Source of the DNA: an uncultured Gammaproteobacteria bacterium
GTDB taxonomy: Bacteria > Patescibacteriota > Microgenomatia > UBA8517
DNA length: 64,000 bases
Direction of reading: 5' to 3'
NCBI GenBank assembly: GCA_964524515.1
Contig: CAZGEA010000001.1
Coordinates: 297,522-361,521 of the forward strand
The position numbers were made by a program, and so were the translations under genes. Each line of letters opens with the position of its first letter. The stretch's first letter is position 1. The notes under the pieces were generated by a model, which was not told the DNA's origin, ran no database searches, and worked only from the letters and a program-made list of their open reading frames with translations. Positions 40,524 through 51,381 of this stretch are shown piece by piece.

Positions 40524-41548
40524 ACTATTATTTTAGTGAATTCTTGATTAAAAGCACTAACTGAAAATCTATTTACATCATTTGAAGCTTTCTGGGAAAA
40601 TACTTTCCATAAATTATCATCCTCAATTAAATATTTTGATGCTTTAACCAGGCCCTCTATAGTCTCCCATAAATAGCCATTTTCTCCAGTTTGAATTATT
40701 TCTTTGTGACCACCTGAATTAAATAATAAAGGAACACATCCAGCTGACATTGCTTCAACTGGTGTTATTCCAAAATGTTCAACTCTCTCAGGTTGAGATT
40801 TCTCATCAATTCCAAAACCACTTGCAGACCAAAATAACTTTGCATGACCATATAAATCCTGCAACTGACTAAAACTTGGGCTTTCAAGTATTTCAATTGG
40901 ATAACCTTTTGCCATTTCGTTTAATGAATCAATAAAATCTTCACTACCAATTTCAGCTCCACCTGCAATCACCAATTTCCATCCCCGAACACCATTTCTA
41001 AACAACTCAATTGCTGACTGAATTAATATATCCTGACCTTTCCTTTGCATTAATTTAGAAAATCTTCCAACATATAAAATAGTATTTTCCTTCTTTTTCG
41101 CCTTAAATTTACTGATATCAACTGGAGGATATACCACCTTGGAATTAACATTATATTCGTGATCTATATAACTTTTTGTAAAATTTGAATTACAAACCAC
41201 CTCTTTTATTCTAAACATTTTCATTCGATTAATTAAGCTACTACCACCTACTTTTATAAATGGAACCTGAAAATGAAGAACATTAACTCTAGCTCGAAGT
41301 GTAGGTACACTACCATCTGAAACCCAAAAGCACAGATCATATCCATCACCTCTTGATGATTGATTAATAAATCTTATATTTTTAAGTGAAATTGAAAATC
41401 TTTCTTCAAGTTTACTTTTGACTTTTGGATCAATGAATTCAACATCAACTTTATAACCCAAATCGCGAGCCAGCATAGCAAAAAACATACTATACCTCTC
41501 TCCACCACCCAAACTATCTAAATATGGATTAACTATTACTGCTTTCAT
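40520..41548 (-). CDS. GT4 (group 1) glycosyltransferase
   Basis: The C-terminal FGITPVEAMSAGCVPLLFNSGGHKE is an EX7E-type motif. Confidence 0.7.
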   Translation of the reverse strand: MKAVIVNPYLDSLGGGERYSMFFAMLARDLGYKVDVEFIDPKVKSKLEERFSISLKNIRFINQSSRGDGYDLCFWVSDGSVPTLRARVNVLHFQVPFIKVGGSSLINRMKMFRIKEVVCNSNFTKSYIDHEYNVNSKVVYPPVDISKFKAKKKENTILYVGRFSKLMQRKGQDILIQSAIELFRNGVRGWKLVIAGGAEIGSEDFIDSLNEMAKGYPIEILESPSFSQLQDLYGHAKLFWSASGFGIDEKSQPERVEHFGITPVEAMSAGCVPLLFNSGGHKEIIQTGENGYLWETIEGLVKASKYLIEDDNLWKVFSQKASNDVNRFSVSAFNQEFTKIIV

Positions 41549-42320
41549 TTTTATTATTTTCTATTTGTAGTTCCCAAAGTTTAGAATAACTAACAAATCT
41601 ACTAAACATTTGAAAAACTATTTCAATAATCCCAATTGGTCCATCCAAAAAACCTAACTTCAGAATTGCCCTATACCAAAATTCACGAAATACACCAGTA
41701 AAAAATCTCATAATATTCATTTTGGGATGATTTGCATCAAACATTAATCGCGCTTCATATTCACTCCATTTATTTGTTTTTTCAATCATTGAAGTCAATG
41801 ATCTATGAGTAATATGATAAAAATAACTTTTAAGTTTTCCAGTCTTTCCCTTTATTTGTGGTTGTTCATGAAGTTCACCAGTATATTTAACAAATCTATC
41901 AACCTTAATTAATCTCATTACATAATCTGGCCACCAACCTCCCCATTTCATATCATGACCCAATAAATTATTAAGTCTGGCAATTGCATATCCAGATTTT
42001 GAATCATCGCTAAAAATAACTTTTAAAATTTCCTTTTTCAAATCTAGTGTAACTCTCTCATCTGCATCAACAAATAAAACCCAAGGAGATTTAGCTTTTG
42101 ATATTGCATAGTTTCTATAATCTGAAAAGTTTTTCCCATCAGTATACTCTATTACAGTTGATCCCTCTTTCTTTGCCAATTCACGAGTTTTATCACTTGA
42201 TCCTGTATCAACAACCAAAATTTGATCCACCCAATCAACACTCTTCAAACAAGAAGTTATCATTTTCTCTTCATTTTTTGTAATTATTATGGCTGTTATC
42301 TTATTAATTTTATGCTTCAT
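41529..42320 (-). CDS. GT2 glycosyltransferase
   Basis: ITAIIITKNEEKMI...ILVVDTGSSDKT is followed by a FVDADER segment carrying the DxD motif. ORF track start is 42380; the Met of MKHKINK at 42320 is the likely true start. Confidence 0.75.
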   Translation of the reverse strand: MKHKINKITAIIITKNEEKMITSCLKSVDWVDQILVVDTGSSDKTRELAKKEGSTVIEYTDGKNFSDYRNYAISKAKSPWVLFVDADERVTLDLKKEILKVIFSDDSKSGYAIARLNNLLGHDMKWGGWWPDYVMRLIKVDRFVKYTGELHEQPQIKGKTGKLKSYFYHITHRSLTSMIEKTNKWSEYEARLMFDANHPKMNIMRFFTGVFREFWYRAILKLGFLDGPIGIIEIVFQMFSRFVSYSKLWELQIENNKNESSNS

Positions 42321-43237
42321 ATCCAAGATCCTCTTCCGTTCTTTCCAAAAAAATAATCCATTACACCAATTCTTTGCCACTTTCGTCCAATAAAAATCAA
42401 TTTTAAAGCTTCTCTAAAAATTGCAAATTTTGCTCTAAAATTAGCATATTTCATTGCAAAAATTATTCTATTACGCGTTAAAAAATAATCGTTTAACCCA
42501 GAACCTATTCCAGAACTTTGTGCAACTTTATGCCAAATAATTGATTTAGGACAAAACATTATTTTCCAACCATTTTTTTTAAACCTAACACTTAAGTCTG
42601 TATCTTCAAAATACATAAAATAATTTTCATCAAAAAAACCAGTATTCAAAATTGCCTTAGTACTATATAAAACACATGCTCCTGTTGCAAATTCAGTTTC
42701 TCGATTTTCATCATTCTGATAAGTATCAACCTTATCAACATCAACATTGTTTGCATAGACATTCTTCCAATCGATTTCACCACCAGCGTACCAAATTACT
42801 TTTGAAAGTTCTGATTCTTTATATTTTTTATGATATTCAAAACCTTTTGCAAAATAAATTTTAGGTGAAACAGCAGCTACGTTTTGGTTATTTTTAAAAA
42901 CAGACTCTAACTTCTCTAAAAAATCAGATTTAACATATGTATCATTATTAATTAACAAAACATACTGACTATTCTTATCAATAGCAGCTTTTATTCCAAT
43001 ATTATTTCCGGCTGCAAAACCATAATTTTTTACATTTTCAATAAATAAATTATTTATCTTAAATTTAGACTTAGTAAAATATTTTTTAATTTTATCCTTA
43101 TCGCTACTATCTGAATTGTTATCAACCAAAATAATTTGAATACTCTTTAATGGATAACTTATTTTCTCAAGTGATTTCAAACACTCAATGGTATCCTCTG
43201 ACCTATTCCAATTAACAATAACAATAGATATTTTCAT
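42317..43237 (-). CDS. GT2 glycosyltransferase
   Basis: ISIVIVNWNRSEDTIECL...IILVDNNSDSSD has the DxD region. Confidence 0.75.
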   Translation of the reverse strand: MKISIVIVNWNRSEDTIECLKSLEKISYPLKSIQIILVDNNSDSSDKDKIKKYFTKSKFKINNLFIENVKNYGFAAGNNIGIKAAIDKNSQYVLLINNDTYVKSDFLEKLESVFKNNQNVAAVSPKIYFAKGFEYHKKYKESELSKVIWYAGGEIDWKNVYANNVDVDKVDTYQNDENRETEFATGACVLYSTKAILNTGFFDENYFMYFEDTDLSVRFKKNGWKIMFCPKSIIWHKVAQSSGIGSGLNDYFLTRNRIIFAMKYANFRAKFAIFREALKLIFIGRKWQRIGVMDYFFGKNGRGSWI

Positions 43238-43241
43238 AAAT

Positions 43242-44141
43242 TTAGAGGATTTTAAGTTTTCGCTTTATTCTAGATATAAAGTTAGCTTTTTGCGCAATTT
43301 CAACATTCGCAATCCAATATGCAATTTCTGAAATTGATTTTTTAAAAGTAGAAGAAAAATCATCAAATGGTATTTGCTTATTTTCAAATTTAGAATTTTG
43401 CCAAAGTTTACAATACAAAACCACCTCTGAAAAAGCCTGTAATAATGACAAAGCAAGACCATGTATTCCGTCTTTGTATCCTTCCTCAGAAAAATACCTT
43501 CTACAAAATTCCTGAGTTGGTTTAATAATTAAATCACGCCACAAAAAATGCTTACCACTATATGTTAAATTTTTTGCCTGTATTGTTGTATATCTATTTA
43601 ATCGATCAATAAACTGTTCAACTGTTTGGTACTCATGATGAATAATTGAAAAATCCTCAGTAGTCTGAAGATCAGTCCCTACACCCGAAGTGATTGGAAT
43701 ACCATGAATTGCATCATCCCAAACAACATGATTTTTTCTAAAAAATCTAATGTTGTAATCAGGCCACCAAAATGAATGTTTAATCCATTTATTAAAAATA
43801 ATATTTTTCCTTGCAATCCTTACATAGTCAACATCATTTTGATTAGATATTTCTTTTAATTTATTACTAAGTTCGATACCAATCTCCTCATCTGCGTCCA
43901 AAACTAGAACCCAATCACTTTTAGCCTTAGCGATCGCAAAATTACGTGCTGGCTCAACATAACCAACCCTCTTATGTTTATAAATTTTTGCACCCATTTT
44001 TGAAGCTAATTCTGAAGTTTTATCATCAGAATTCATATCACAGACTATAATTTCATCTGCAAAATCAGAGATTGAGCTAATAGCTCTCTCAATATTTTTC
44101 TCTTCGTTTAATGTATTAATAACTACAGATATTGATCCCAC
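43242..44141 (-). CDS. GT2 glycosyltransferase
   Basis: ISVVINTLNEEKNI...IIVCDMNSDDKT is followed by a VLDADEE segment carrying the DxD motif. Confidence 0.75.
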   Translation of the reverse strand: MGSISVVINTLNEEKNIERAISSISDFADEIIVCDMNSDDKTSELASKMGAKIYKHKRVGYVEPARNFAIAKAKSDWVLVLDADEEIGIELSNKLKEISNQNDVDYVRIARKNIIFNKWIKHSFWWPDYNIRFFRKNHVVWDDAIHGIPITSGVGTDLQTTEDFSIIHHEYQTVEQFIDRLNRYTTIQAKNLTYSGKHFLWRDLIIKPTQEFCRRYFSEEGYKDGIHGLALSLLQAFSEVVLYCKLWQNSKFENKQIPFDDFSSTFKKSISEIAYWIANVEIAQKANFISRIKRKLKIL

Positions 44142-44150
44142 AGTTATATT

Positions 44151-45893
44151 TTACATTTTTTCGAACCTATACAAAAGAACCTCTTCGTTTTCATATATTT
44201 TAATCAACTTTAGCTTTGCTAAATCAACATTCACATCTTGTCCTTTTATTAAATAGAGATACTCAATATTATTATTAACCAAAAACATGCTTGCTTCATT
44301 TATATTATTGCTGTTAAAAAAATCTTGCATTGCAATTTTCCTGTTTTGCCAATCAAAACCCAAAATTTCCAAATTAACCTCATCTTCCATAAAAACTTTT
44401 TTAGAAGAAAACGCAGAAACATAAGCAGTCGACTCATAAAGATACAGTGGTCTTGGAGGATTACTAATCGCCTCATCAGCCTTATATTTATCAAAAGGAT
44501 AAGTCAACACGATTCCATCAGGTAATTGCCTTAAAAACTTCAACGCACTAATCTCATTATTTGATAATTTAGCCGGCGATCTATTTGGTATATACACAGA
44601 AAATAAGGTTGAAATAGTAGTTGGAATAGTAACAATTATCATTAAAAATGATACAAAACAAATAAACACTTTAGACTTATTTTTAATTAATTGTGCAAAA
44701 TTAACTCCTGCTAATATTCCAGAAAACACAAGAGAGTAATATAAAAACTGAATTGTATTCCAAGGTGTTCCTTTTTGCACAAACAATGTTGGCAATAATA
44801 TTCCAAAAAATATTAAAATATAAAAAAATGAATTTATATATGAAAAATTTGGTTTACGGGTAAATATAAATAATCTTGTTCCAAAATTTCCAATTACAAA
44901 AATAATAAATGCTAACAAGTAACCTAAAAATAACTTTAAATAAATCCCTGATTCTTTATATGTATTGATTGCAGAAAAAAGTTTTGGCCAATAAAATCTA
45001 TCCACCGAACCCAACATATTTTCCAAAAACCAAAATGGTTTAAATATCAATATCTTTGAATCAAACCCGCTAACAGGAATAAATATCAAAATTGAAATTA
45101 AAAATGAAACAAACCACAATGCAAGTAATGATTTTTTCCTTTCTTTAACAAACTGAATTAAACCAATTAAAAAAAGTCCAATCAAAACCAAAACACCAGC
45201 ATATGATTTTATTTCAATTAACAATCCAAATAAAATTGCTGATGACCAAAAATAAATAATTTTATTTTTTTCTATATATCGATTCAAGCAAAATAGTCCA
45301 ATAAAAATAACCATTAACGAAAACGCATAAGGTGGATTAATCAAGGTTGAAACAGACTGTTGTGCCCAAAACATCGACTCGCCTCCAAGTTGCTCTCCTC
45401 TAAATAAATTAACTATCCAGCCAAAACTCCCTCCAAAATATAAAAAAAACGCAGCCCAAAAAAATTCAAACTTTGAATTCCTCCATTCCACAATAAATAA
45501 ATAGAAAAACAAAGCAATTAATACAGAAAACAAGATAGGGAAAAACTGAAAATACAAATTACTCACAGAAATTCCAGTTAGTCTATTAAGTATCGCTAAA
45601 ATCAAATCATAACCAATATGATAATTTTTAATTTTTGCGCCAGAAAAAATCTGATTATCTAAATTTAAATTCGATAAACCATTTGAAATTGCGATATGCC
45701 ATACACCATCATGTCCATTTGCACCCCAAAATCCTATTCCATAGGAGTACTCCAATCCACTTTTAACCATCGTCACACACCATGAAGCTATAGCAATTCC
45801 CAAAAAAACTAAAATAAACCAATTTAATAATTTATTTTTTGCCAAGTATTGTTTTAAAACTTTTTTTCGCATCTTCAACCAAGGACATTCCAA
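44151..45893 (-). CDS. large polytopic membrane protein, unknown (candidate glycan polymerase/GT-C)
   Basis: 580 aa with 12 or more hydrophobic helices. I see no diagnostic motif. It sits in a glycosylation context. Confidence 0.4.
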   Translation of the reverse strand: MECPWLKMRKKVLKQYLAKNKLLNWFILVFLGIAIASWCVTMVKSGLEYSYGIGFWGANGHDGVWHIAISNGLSNLNLDNQIFSGAKIKNYHIGYDLILAILNRLTGISVSNLYFQFFPILFSVLIALFFYLFIVEWRNSKFEFFWAAFFLYFGGSFGWIVNLFRGEQLGGESMFWAQQSVSTLINPPYAFSLMVIFIGLFCLNRYIEKNKIIYFWSSAILFGLLIEIKSYAGVLVLIGLFLIGLIQFVKERKKSLLALWFVSFLISILIFIPVSGFDSKILIFKPFWFLENMLGSVDRFYWPKLFSAINTYKESGIYLKLFLGYLLAFIIFVIGNFGTRLFIFTRKPNFSYINSFFYILIFFGILLPTLFVQKGTPWNTIQFLYYSLVFSGILAGVNFAQLIKNKSKVFICFVSFLMIIVTIPTTISTLFSVYIPNRSPAKLSNNEISALKFLRQLPDGIVLTYPFDKYKADEAISNPPRPLYLYESTAYVSAFSSKKVFMEDEVNLEILGFDWQNRKIAMQDFFNSNNINEASMFLVNNNIEYLYLIKGQDVNVDLAKLKLIKIYENEEVLLYRFEKM

Positions 45894-47328
45894 CTATCAC
45901 AACCATAATTACAAAATAAACAATCAAACCAACCAAACTCAATATAAATATTGTATATGCATTAACAGGAAGAAAATTTCTTAAAATAACCAATACAATT
46001 GTCATCGCCAAAGTGCCTACTAGTGGTCTTCCTATCGAATCATACAATGAAAACTTCACATAACTATGTGCAATTAATATAGCGATAAGAGAAGAGGATC
46101 CGACAATTGCATATCCTACAGATGCACCATTTACTCCAAAATAAGTTGCCAATAATGGAATCAATGCCCAAGTCAACGCAGTCCACATTATCATAAGCAA
46201 AAATGTAATTTTTATTTTCCCAATCGCGTTTAATAAATTAGTTAATTGAGTTGTCGCAGCTGCAAACATAAAATTAACGGATACAAATGTTAAAGCAAAC
46301 AAAGCAGGTTTCCACTGATAATATCTAGGAACTACTTCAACTATTAATGGAGCAACAATTACCAACCCCGATAAAGCAGGAAAAACCAAAAAACAAATAA
46401 AAAATATTGATCTTGTAACACTTCGTGCTAAATGATCTTTTGAATCCTGAAGTCTTGAAAAAGCCGGAAAAGTAACACGAGTTACCGTATCCATAAAAAA
46501 TGTTAATGGATATCTTGCAAACTTTTGAGCAGTGGCCAAATAACCAATTCCCACAGGACCCAAAATCCCTCCCAAAACCAATGTCATTCCATCATCTTTA
46601 ATCGCTGCCATTAATGTATTAATTTGATATGGAATTCCAAACTTAAATAAACCAGTTAAAGTTTTTCTAGAAAATGAAAATCCAGGTTTCCAGGGTTGAA
46701 ATGTATAAATTGCAAAAAGTCCTACGATATCTCGAACAATAACTGCAATAGTAAAACTCTTAATCCCAAATCCACGCATTGCAAAAAAGACTAAGATTAA
46801 ATAATAAATAATTTGCTCAAGTATTTGAGGAAATGCTAATTTTACAAATTCTAATTTTCTCTCCAATAAAACAGATGGAATACTTTTAAGCGATGATAAG
46901 AAAAATGACAAAGCCAATGCATATAAAAGCATAACACCATCACTATTTAGTGAATAATGTTTTGTAAAAAATGGAGTCAAAAATACAACAATCAATATAA
47001 TTGTTACTACAAGAATTTCCTGAACAAAAAATGTAGTTCTCAAATCTGTTTCAGATGGATGTTCCTTTTTCTGAACCAATGAAGCTGCTAATCCAATATC
47101 AGAAAAATAATTAAGAAAATTAATTACAGCATTTAAAATAAAAAATATACCAATTTCAGAAGGTCCCAAATATGCCCACATTAAACCTGAAGCAACTACA
47201 GCAATTATTTGTAAAAAAAATGTTCTACCAGTCAAAATCACAATTCCACGAACTGAACGCTCCTTTACAGATTCTAAAGAAATTTCCGAAGTCGGGTCTA
47301 AATGCTCATCTTGATGAAATTCTGCCAC
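45832..47328 (-). CDS. MOP-superfamily (Wzx/MurJ-like) flippase
   Basis: 498 aa with about 14 TM helices. The N-terminal cytoplasmic extension and periodic hydrophobic pattern are typical of polysaccharide biosynthesis flippases. Confidence 0.6.
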   Translation of the reverse strand: MAEFHQDEHLDPTSEISLESVKERSVRGIVILTGRTFFLQIIAVVASGLMWAYLGPSEIGIFFILNAVINFLNYFSDIGLAASLVQKKEHPSETDLRTTFFVQEILVVTIILIVVFLTPFFTKHYSLNSDGVMLLYALALSFFLSSLKSIPSVLLERKLEFVKLAFPQILEQIIYYLILVFFAMRGFGIKSFTIAVIVRDIVGLFAIYTFQPWKPGFSFSRKTLTGLFKFGIPYQINTLMAAIKDDGMTLVLGGILGPVGIGYLATAQKFARYPLTFFMDTVTRVTFPAFSRLQDSKDHLARSVTRSIFFICFLVFPALSGLVIVAPLIVEVVPRYYQWKPALFALTFVSVNFMFAAATTQLTNLLNAIGKIKITFLLMIMWTALTWALIPLLATYFGVNGASVGYAIVGSSSLIAILIAHSYVKFSLYDSIGRPLVGTLAMTIVLVILRNFLPVNAYTIFILSLVGLIVYFVIMVVIVGMSLVEDAKKSFKTILGKK

Positions 47329-47331
47329 AAA

Positions 47332-49056
47332 TTATTTTACCATGGAAGCATTAACTCTTAGATACTTAAAATAAAACATTAAAACCAAAATTAAAGTGAC
47401 TAAAGAAATAATATTACTAATCGTTCTAATTGTCGTATCATAAAATTTCACATATACACTATGCTCTCCAGGTTTTACATCTAAATACATTCTTCCCCAC
47501 TTTTCACTATCTGGAATTCTCACTTGGACTTCAACTCCATCAACAAAAACTTTCCAATTTGGAAATTGAAAAATATTAATTCTAATTTCTGAATTTTCTT
47601 TTATAACATTAACATCAAATTTTGCCCAGTTGGTTCCCTCAATTTGATTATTAATTTCCACATTTCCACTAACTTTTTCAGCCAATTGTTTTTTACCATC
47701 TCTTGGATTCTCCTTTGCAGTCTTTGGTAAATAATCCAAAATTCCAGCAGTCTTTTGCATTTCCCAGGCAACACCTGATAATTTTTCACTATCAGTAATT
47801 GGTCCCATCTTTCCAGTTTCAGGTTCAAAATATGGAAAATAAAATATCATAGACACAGCGATCAAAAATATACCAATATAAAAAATAATATTCTTTGAAA
47901 AATAATTAACAATTCCCCCAACAGAAAAAGATAACCCTAAAATCGTCAAAGTTAAAAATCTCCATGGAAATTGCACATAAGAAAGTGGTGAAAATGATTG
48001 CCAAATTGGCGTTGATTTTGAATGAGTCATAAATGCAGCAAAAACAGCACTCGAACCCATAATTAAAATTGCCAAAACTTGTGAATCAATCTTTCTGGTC
48101 TTTACTAGTCTATGAAAAACAAACAACATTAAAACTATAAAAATTAATATGTGACCAATTCCAATTTGAAGCGAAAACCCATCTAACGGTTCCCAAATAG
48201 AAGGTCCATAACCCCAATATCTATTAACAATAAGCTGCTTCAATGACAAAAAATGTGTAGAAAATTCATAATACCCTTGAATTAAAGTATCAGCATGAAC
48301 TAATTTTTGTTCAAAAACTACAGGGAGCGTAAAAAATGCTGCCAAACCAAATGCCATAAGTCCAGATATTAATAAATACAAAATGCTATCAAACGACTTA
48401 TTTTTCAATATAAAAACACCACACCACACTGCAAAAATTGGTGTAAATATCAAAACCATTAAATTATGAGAAGTTAATAACCCCACCCAAGCAAAAGCCA
48501 ATATTAAAATATTAAAATATCTTCTTTCCTTTAATTTAATAATCTTATACGAAGACCACAATATTAATGGAAAAAAAACTAAAGCCCAAGATTCGTTCAT
48601 CGCACCACGAACATAAACATCAACACTATGATAAGGTGCAAAAACATAAAAAGCCGCCGAAACCAAACCGCCAATTTTTCCAAAAAACTGCCTAGACAAT
48701 AAGTACATAAACAAACTTGAAAAAACAAAAGACAAAATAAACACCAACTTCACAGTATCAAGATATCCAAGTGGAGTAATTAATCGAACAACTAAACCAA
48801 CAACATATGGTAATTGAGGATAAAAATTATAAAGTGGGAATCCATAACCATAACCCATATCGGGCACCCATCTACAAGGAATTTGTAAATCAAAAAAACA
48901 TTTCTCAATTGAAACTTGTCTCATGACTTGTAGATCGTCATGCATATTAAAATAACCTGGTCCAATCAATTTAAATCCAGCAATAACACCAAAAAGTATT
49001 GCGATAGCCAATTGAAGATAATTCTTCTTTATAAATTGCGAAAAAATTTCAATCAC
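47332..49056 (-). CDS. polytopic membrane protein with C-terminal ectodomain and terminal TM anchor, unknown (YfhO/GT-C-like candidate)
   Basis: 574 aa. A multi-TM N-terminal half is followed by a soluble ~130-aa segment and a final hydrophobic helix. Confidence 0.4.
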   Translation of the reverse strand: MIEIFSQFIKKNYLQLAIAILFGVIAGFKLIGPGYFNMHDDLQVMRQVSIEKCFFDLQIPCRWVPDMGYGYGFPLYNFYPQLPYVVGLVVRLITPLGYLDTVKLVFILSFVFSSLFMYLLSRQFFGKIGGLVSAAFYVFAPYHSVDVYVRGAMNESWALVFFPLILWSSYKIIKLKERRYFNILILAFAWVGLLTSHNLMVLIFTPIFAVWCGVFILKNKSFDSILYLLISGLMAFGLAAFFTLPVVFEQKLVHADTLIQGYYEFSTHFLSLKQLIVNRYWGYGPSIWEPLDGFSLQIGIGHILIFIVLMLFVFHRLVKTRKIDSQVLAILIMGSSAVFAAFMTHSKSTPIWQSFSPLSYVQFPWRFLTLTILGLSFSVGGIVNYFSKNIIFYIGIFLIAVSMIFYFPYFEPETGKMGPITDSEKLSGVAWEMQKTAGILDYLPKTAKENPRDGKKQLAEKVSGNVEINNQIEGTNWAKFDVNVIKENSEIRINIFQFPNWKVFVDGVEVQVRIPDSEKWGRMYLDVKPGEHSVYVKFYDTTIRTISNIISLVTLILVLMFYFKYLRVNASMVK

Positions 49057-49082
49057 AGTGATATTATTATGCCATAAAAAAT

Positions 49083-50630
49083 TTATTTCAGTACTTCAAA
49101 AAACAAAAGATGTTCGTTTGATCCATGTTGAACATATTCACGAACAAAAGGTGGTCTTGTAGCTTTTTTATATGATGCAATTAAATTAAGTCCCAATTCT
49201 GATGGATCACCTGTATATGTAAATCTTGAATCATTAATCACCAAAAAAGTTAAATTCCCGGCATCTCTTGATTCAGCCAAGGGCTTTGGAACTTCATGAA
49301 TGTTTAATCCGATTCCAACAACAATTACTGAATTCAATTGATCTAAATACATTTGTAATCCATCAGGCAAAGTACCAAAATAACCTTCAGTTCCCACAAC
49401 TATTTGTTTATCAGGATTTTTAACATGTAGATCCTTTATATATTCTGAAATTTGTTTTATTCCATTTCCGGCAGTCCACTCTTCAAGATATCCAGACCTC
49501 TCACTTCGCGGTATTGCAGCCCTTTCAAGATCAGTCCAAAAATTAAAAATTGTTACAAAGCTTGATATCAGTAGAACCAAAACCGATATATAAAAAATAT
49601 ATTTAAAATATCTAAGATTTATTAAAATTGAATTCCCTGCCAGTATAATTAAATAAGGTATTGTAAAAAGAATATATCTTGCAGTAAAAACTTTAGCAAT
49701 CGCACTTTCCATAACAATTGGTGTAATAAAAAGAATAAACAAAAAAACATTTTCTGATATATTTCTTTTTTGTTTCAAAAATACCACCAAGGAAAAAATA
49801 GCCAATATTAATACTGGCGCAGGACCCCAAATTCTAATCCATTCAAAACTTCTATCTATTTGCGATACAAATGGATCAAGTGGAGAACTAAATAAATGCG
49901 AAATTGGATAAACGTAATCTAAATTTCTAGAATTTATTAAATTAAAATTAGGACCTAAACGTAAAATATTATACATCGCAAAAGCGATTATCGATGAAAT
50001 TAAATTTAAAACAAAAAATTGAAATCCAAATTTATAAATATTTTTTCGATCAAACGAAATAATAAAACTAAGTGGTGATAATAAAATTAAAAATATAGCT
50101 GGTGATTTTGTAAGCCAAGCAAAACCCAAACAAAATCCAGTAAAAAGTGCAGCATCAATCCTTTTTGTTTTTGCAGTAATTATAGAAAAGAAAATTGCCC
50201 ACGTTCCCCAAAAAGTAAGCATCGAATCAACCAATGCCATTCTGTCAAAAAAGACAAGAAACGGGCAAATCGATGTAATTAAAGCTGAAAAAATTGCTGC
50301 TTTTTTAGATTTAAATAACAAATAAGAAATACTAAAAACCCCCAAAATAGTACCAGTTCCAGTCATTACTGATAAAAATCTTCCAGCAAACAAAGGATCA
50401 GAAAACCTAGAAACCGCAAACATTAAAATCCACATAAAAAATGGCTGTTTTCCATCAGACAATGGCAAAAAACGAAGAGTAGGTTCATGACCCATTACTT
50501 GAGACCATCTAACATAAATAGCTTCATCAGCAAAAACAGGCAGGTAAGTTAAATTAATCGATCTAACTATAAAACCAGATACCAATAAACCAATTAAAAT
50601 AATTAATGTATAAATATAATTTTTTTTCAC
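49083..50630 (-). CDS. ArnT/PMT-like GT-C membrane glycosyltransferase (GT83/GT39-type)
   Basis: FADEAIYVRW is a first-loop DE motif. The protein is polytopic and ~515 aa. Confidence 0.7.
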   Translation of the reverse strand: MKKNYIYTLIILIGLLVSGFIVRSINLTYLPVFADEAIYVRWSQVMGHEPTLRFLPLSDGKQPFFMWILMFAVSRFSDPLFAGRFLSVMTGTGTILGVFSISYLLFKSKKAAIFSALITSICPFLVFFDRMALVDSMLTFWGTWAIFFSIITAKTKRIDAALFTGFCLGFAWLTKSPAIFLILLSPLSFIISFDRKNIYKFGFQFFVLNLISSIIAFAMYNILRLGPNFNLINSRNLDYVYPISHLFSSPLDPFVSQIDRSFEWIRIWGPAPVLILAIFSLVVFLKQKRNISENVFLFILFITPIVMESAIAKVFTARYILFTIPYLIILAGNSILINLRYFKYIFYISVLVLLISSFVTIFNFWTDLERAAIPRSERSGYLEEWTAGNGIKQISEYIKDLHVKNPDKQIVVGTEGYFGTLPDGLQMYLDQLNSVIVVGIGLNIHEVPKPLAESRDAGNLTFLVINDSRFTYTGDPSELGLNLIASYKKATRPPFVREYVQHGSNEHLLFFEVLK

Positions 50631-51379
50631 TTATATCTTCCTAATATGGCATTAATTCTAACTTGTATCAATCCACGAAGCCCAATCCAAGAATCCTTTA
50701 TTGGATTCACACGTCCCTTTACACCCTTTTCTTCCCAAAATACATCAACCTCACTTACACGAAACCCCATCTTACGCGCCAAATAAAGAACTTCTAAATC
50801 AAATCCTGCGGTAACAGTATAACCGTCAATCGATTCCATTTTATGAAGTTCCTTCATCTTGCTAAAAATTTTATTACTTGCAGTTTTTTTGAAAATTTTA
50901 AAACCACATTGTGTATCTTTATATGGCATTCTTAAAATAACAGTTCGCAAAACAACAAAACCCATTGCCATTATTTTTCTAATCAGAGGAGCCCCTTTTC
51001 TTCCAGTCCTTGAACCAATTGCAATATCACTACCCGCATCAATCATCTGTGTTAATTTTTCAATTTGATCAATTGGAGTTGCCTGATCTGTATCAGTAAA
51101 CAAAACCAAATCGCCCTTTGCCTTTAACATCCCTTCAATTACAGTACCAGCCTTACCTCTATGAGGCTCCAAAATTGGATAAAAATATTTATGTTTTTTG
51201 GCAAATTTCTGTAAAAAGTTAAACGTCTCATCAGTTGAGCCATCATCAACCAACAAAACCTCCCAATTATATTTTTGTTTCGATAAATATTGATAAACTT
51301 CATCCAATACACCTCTCTTTAAATTAGACATTTCATTATATGAAGGGACGACAACAGATAAATATATATTTTTATTCAT
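50627..51379 (-). CDS. GT2 polyprenol-phosphate glycosyltransferase (DPM1-like, soluble)
   Basis: LSVVVPSYNEMSNL...VLLVDDGSTDET has the DxD region. It is followed by the TDTDQ region. Confidence 0.8.
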   Translation of the reverse strand: MNKNIYLSVVVPSYNEMSNLKRGVLDEVYQYLSKQKYNWEVLLVDDGSTDETFNFLQKFAKKHKYFYPILEPHRGKAGTVIEGMLKAKGDLVLFTDTDQATPIDQIEKLTQMIDAGSDIAIGSRTGRKGAPLIRKIMAMGFVVLRTVILRMPYKDTQCGFKIFKKTASNKIFSKMKELHKMESIDGYTVTAGFDLEVLYLARKMGFRVSEVDVFWEEKGVKGRVNPIKDSWIGLRGLIQVRINAILGRYK

Positions 51380-51381
51380 TA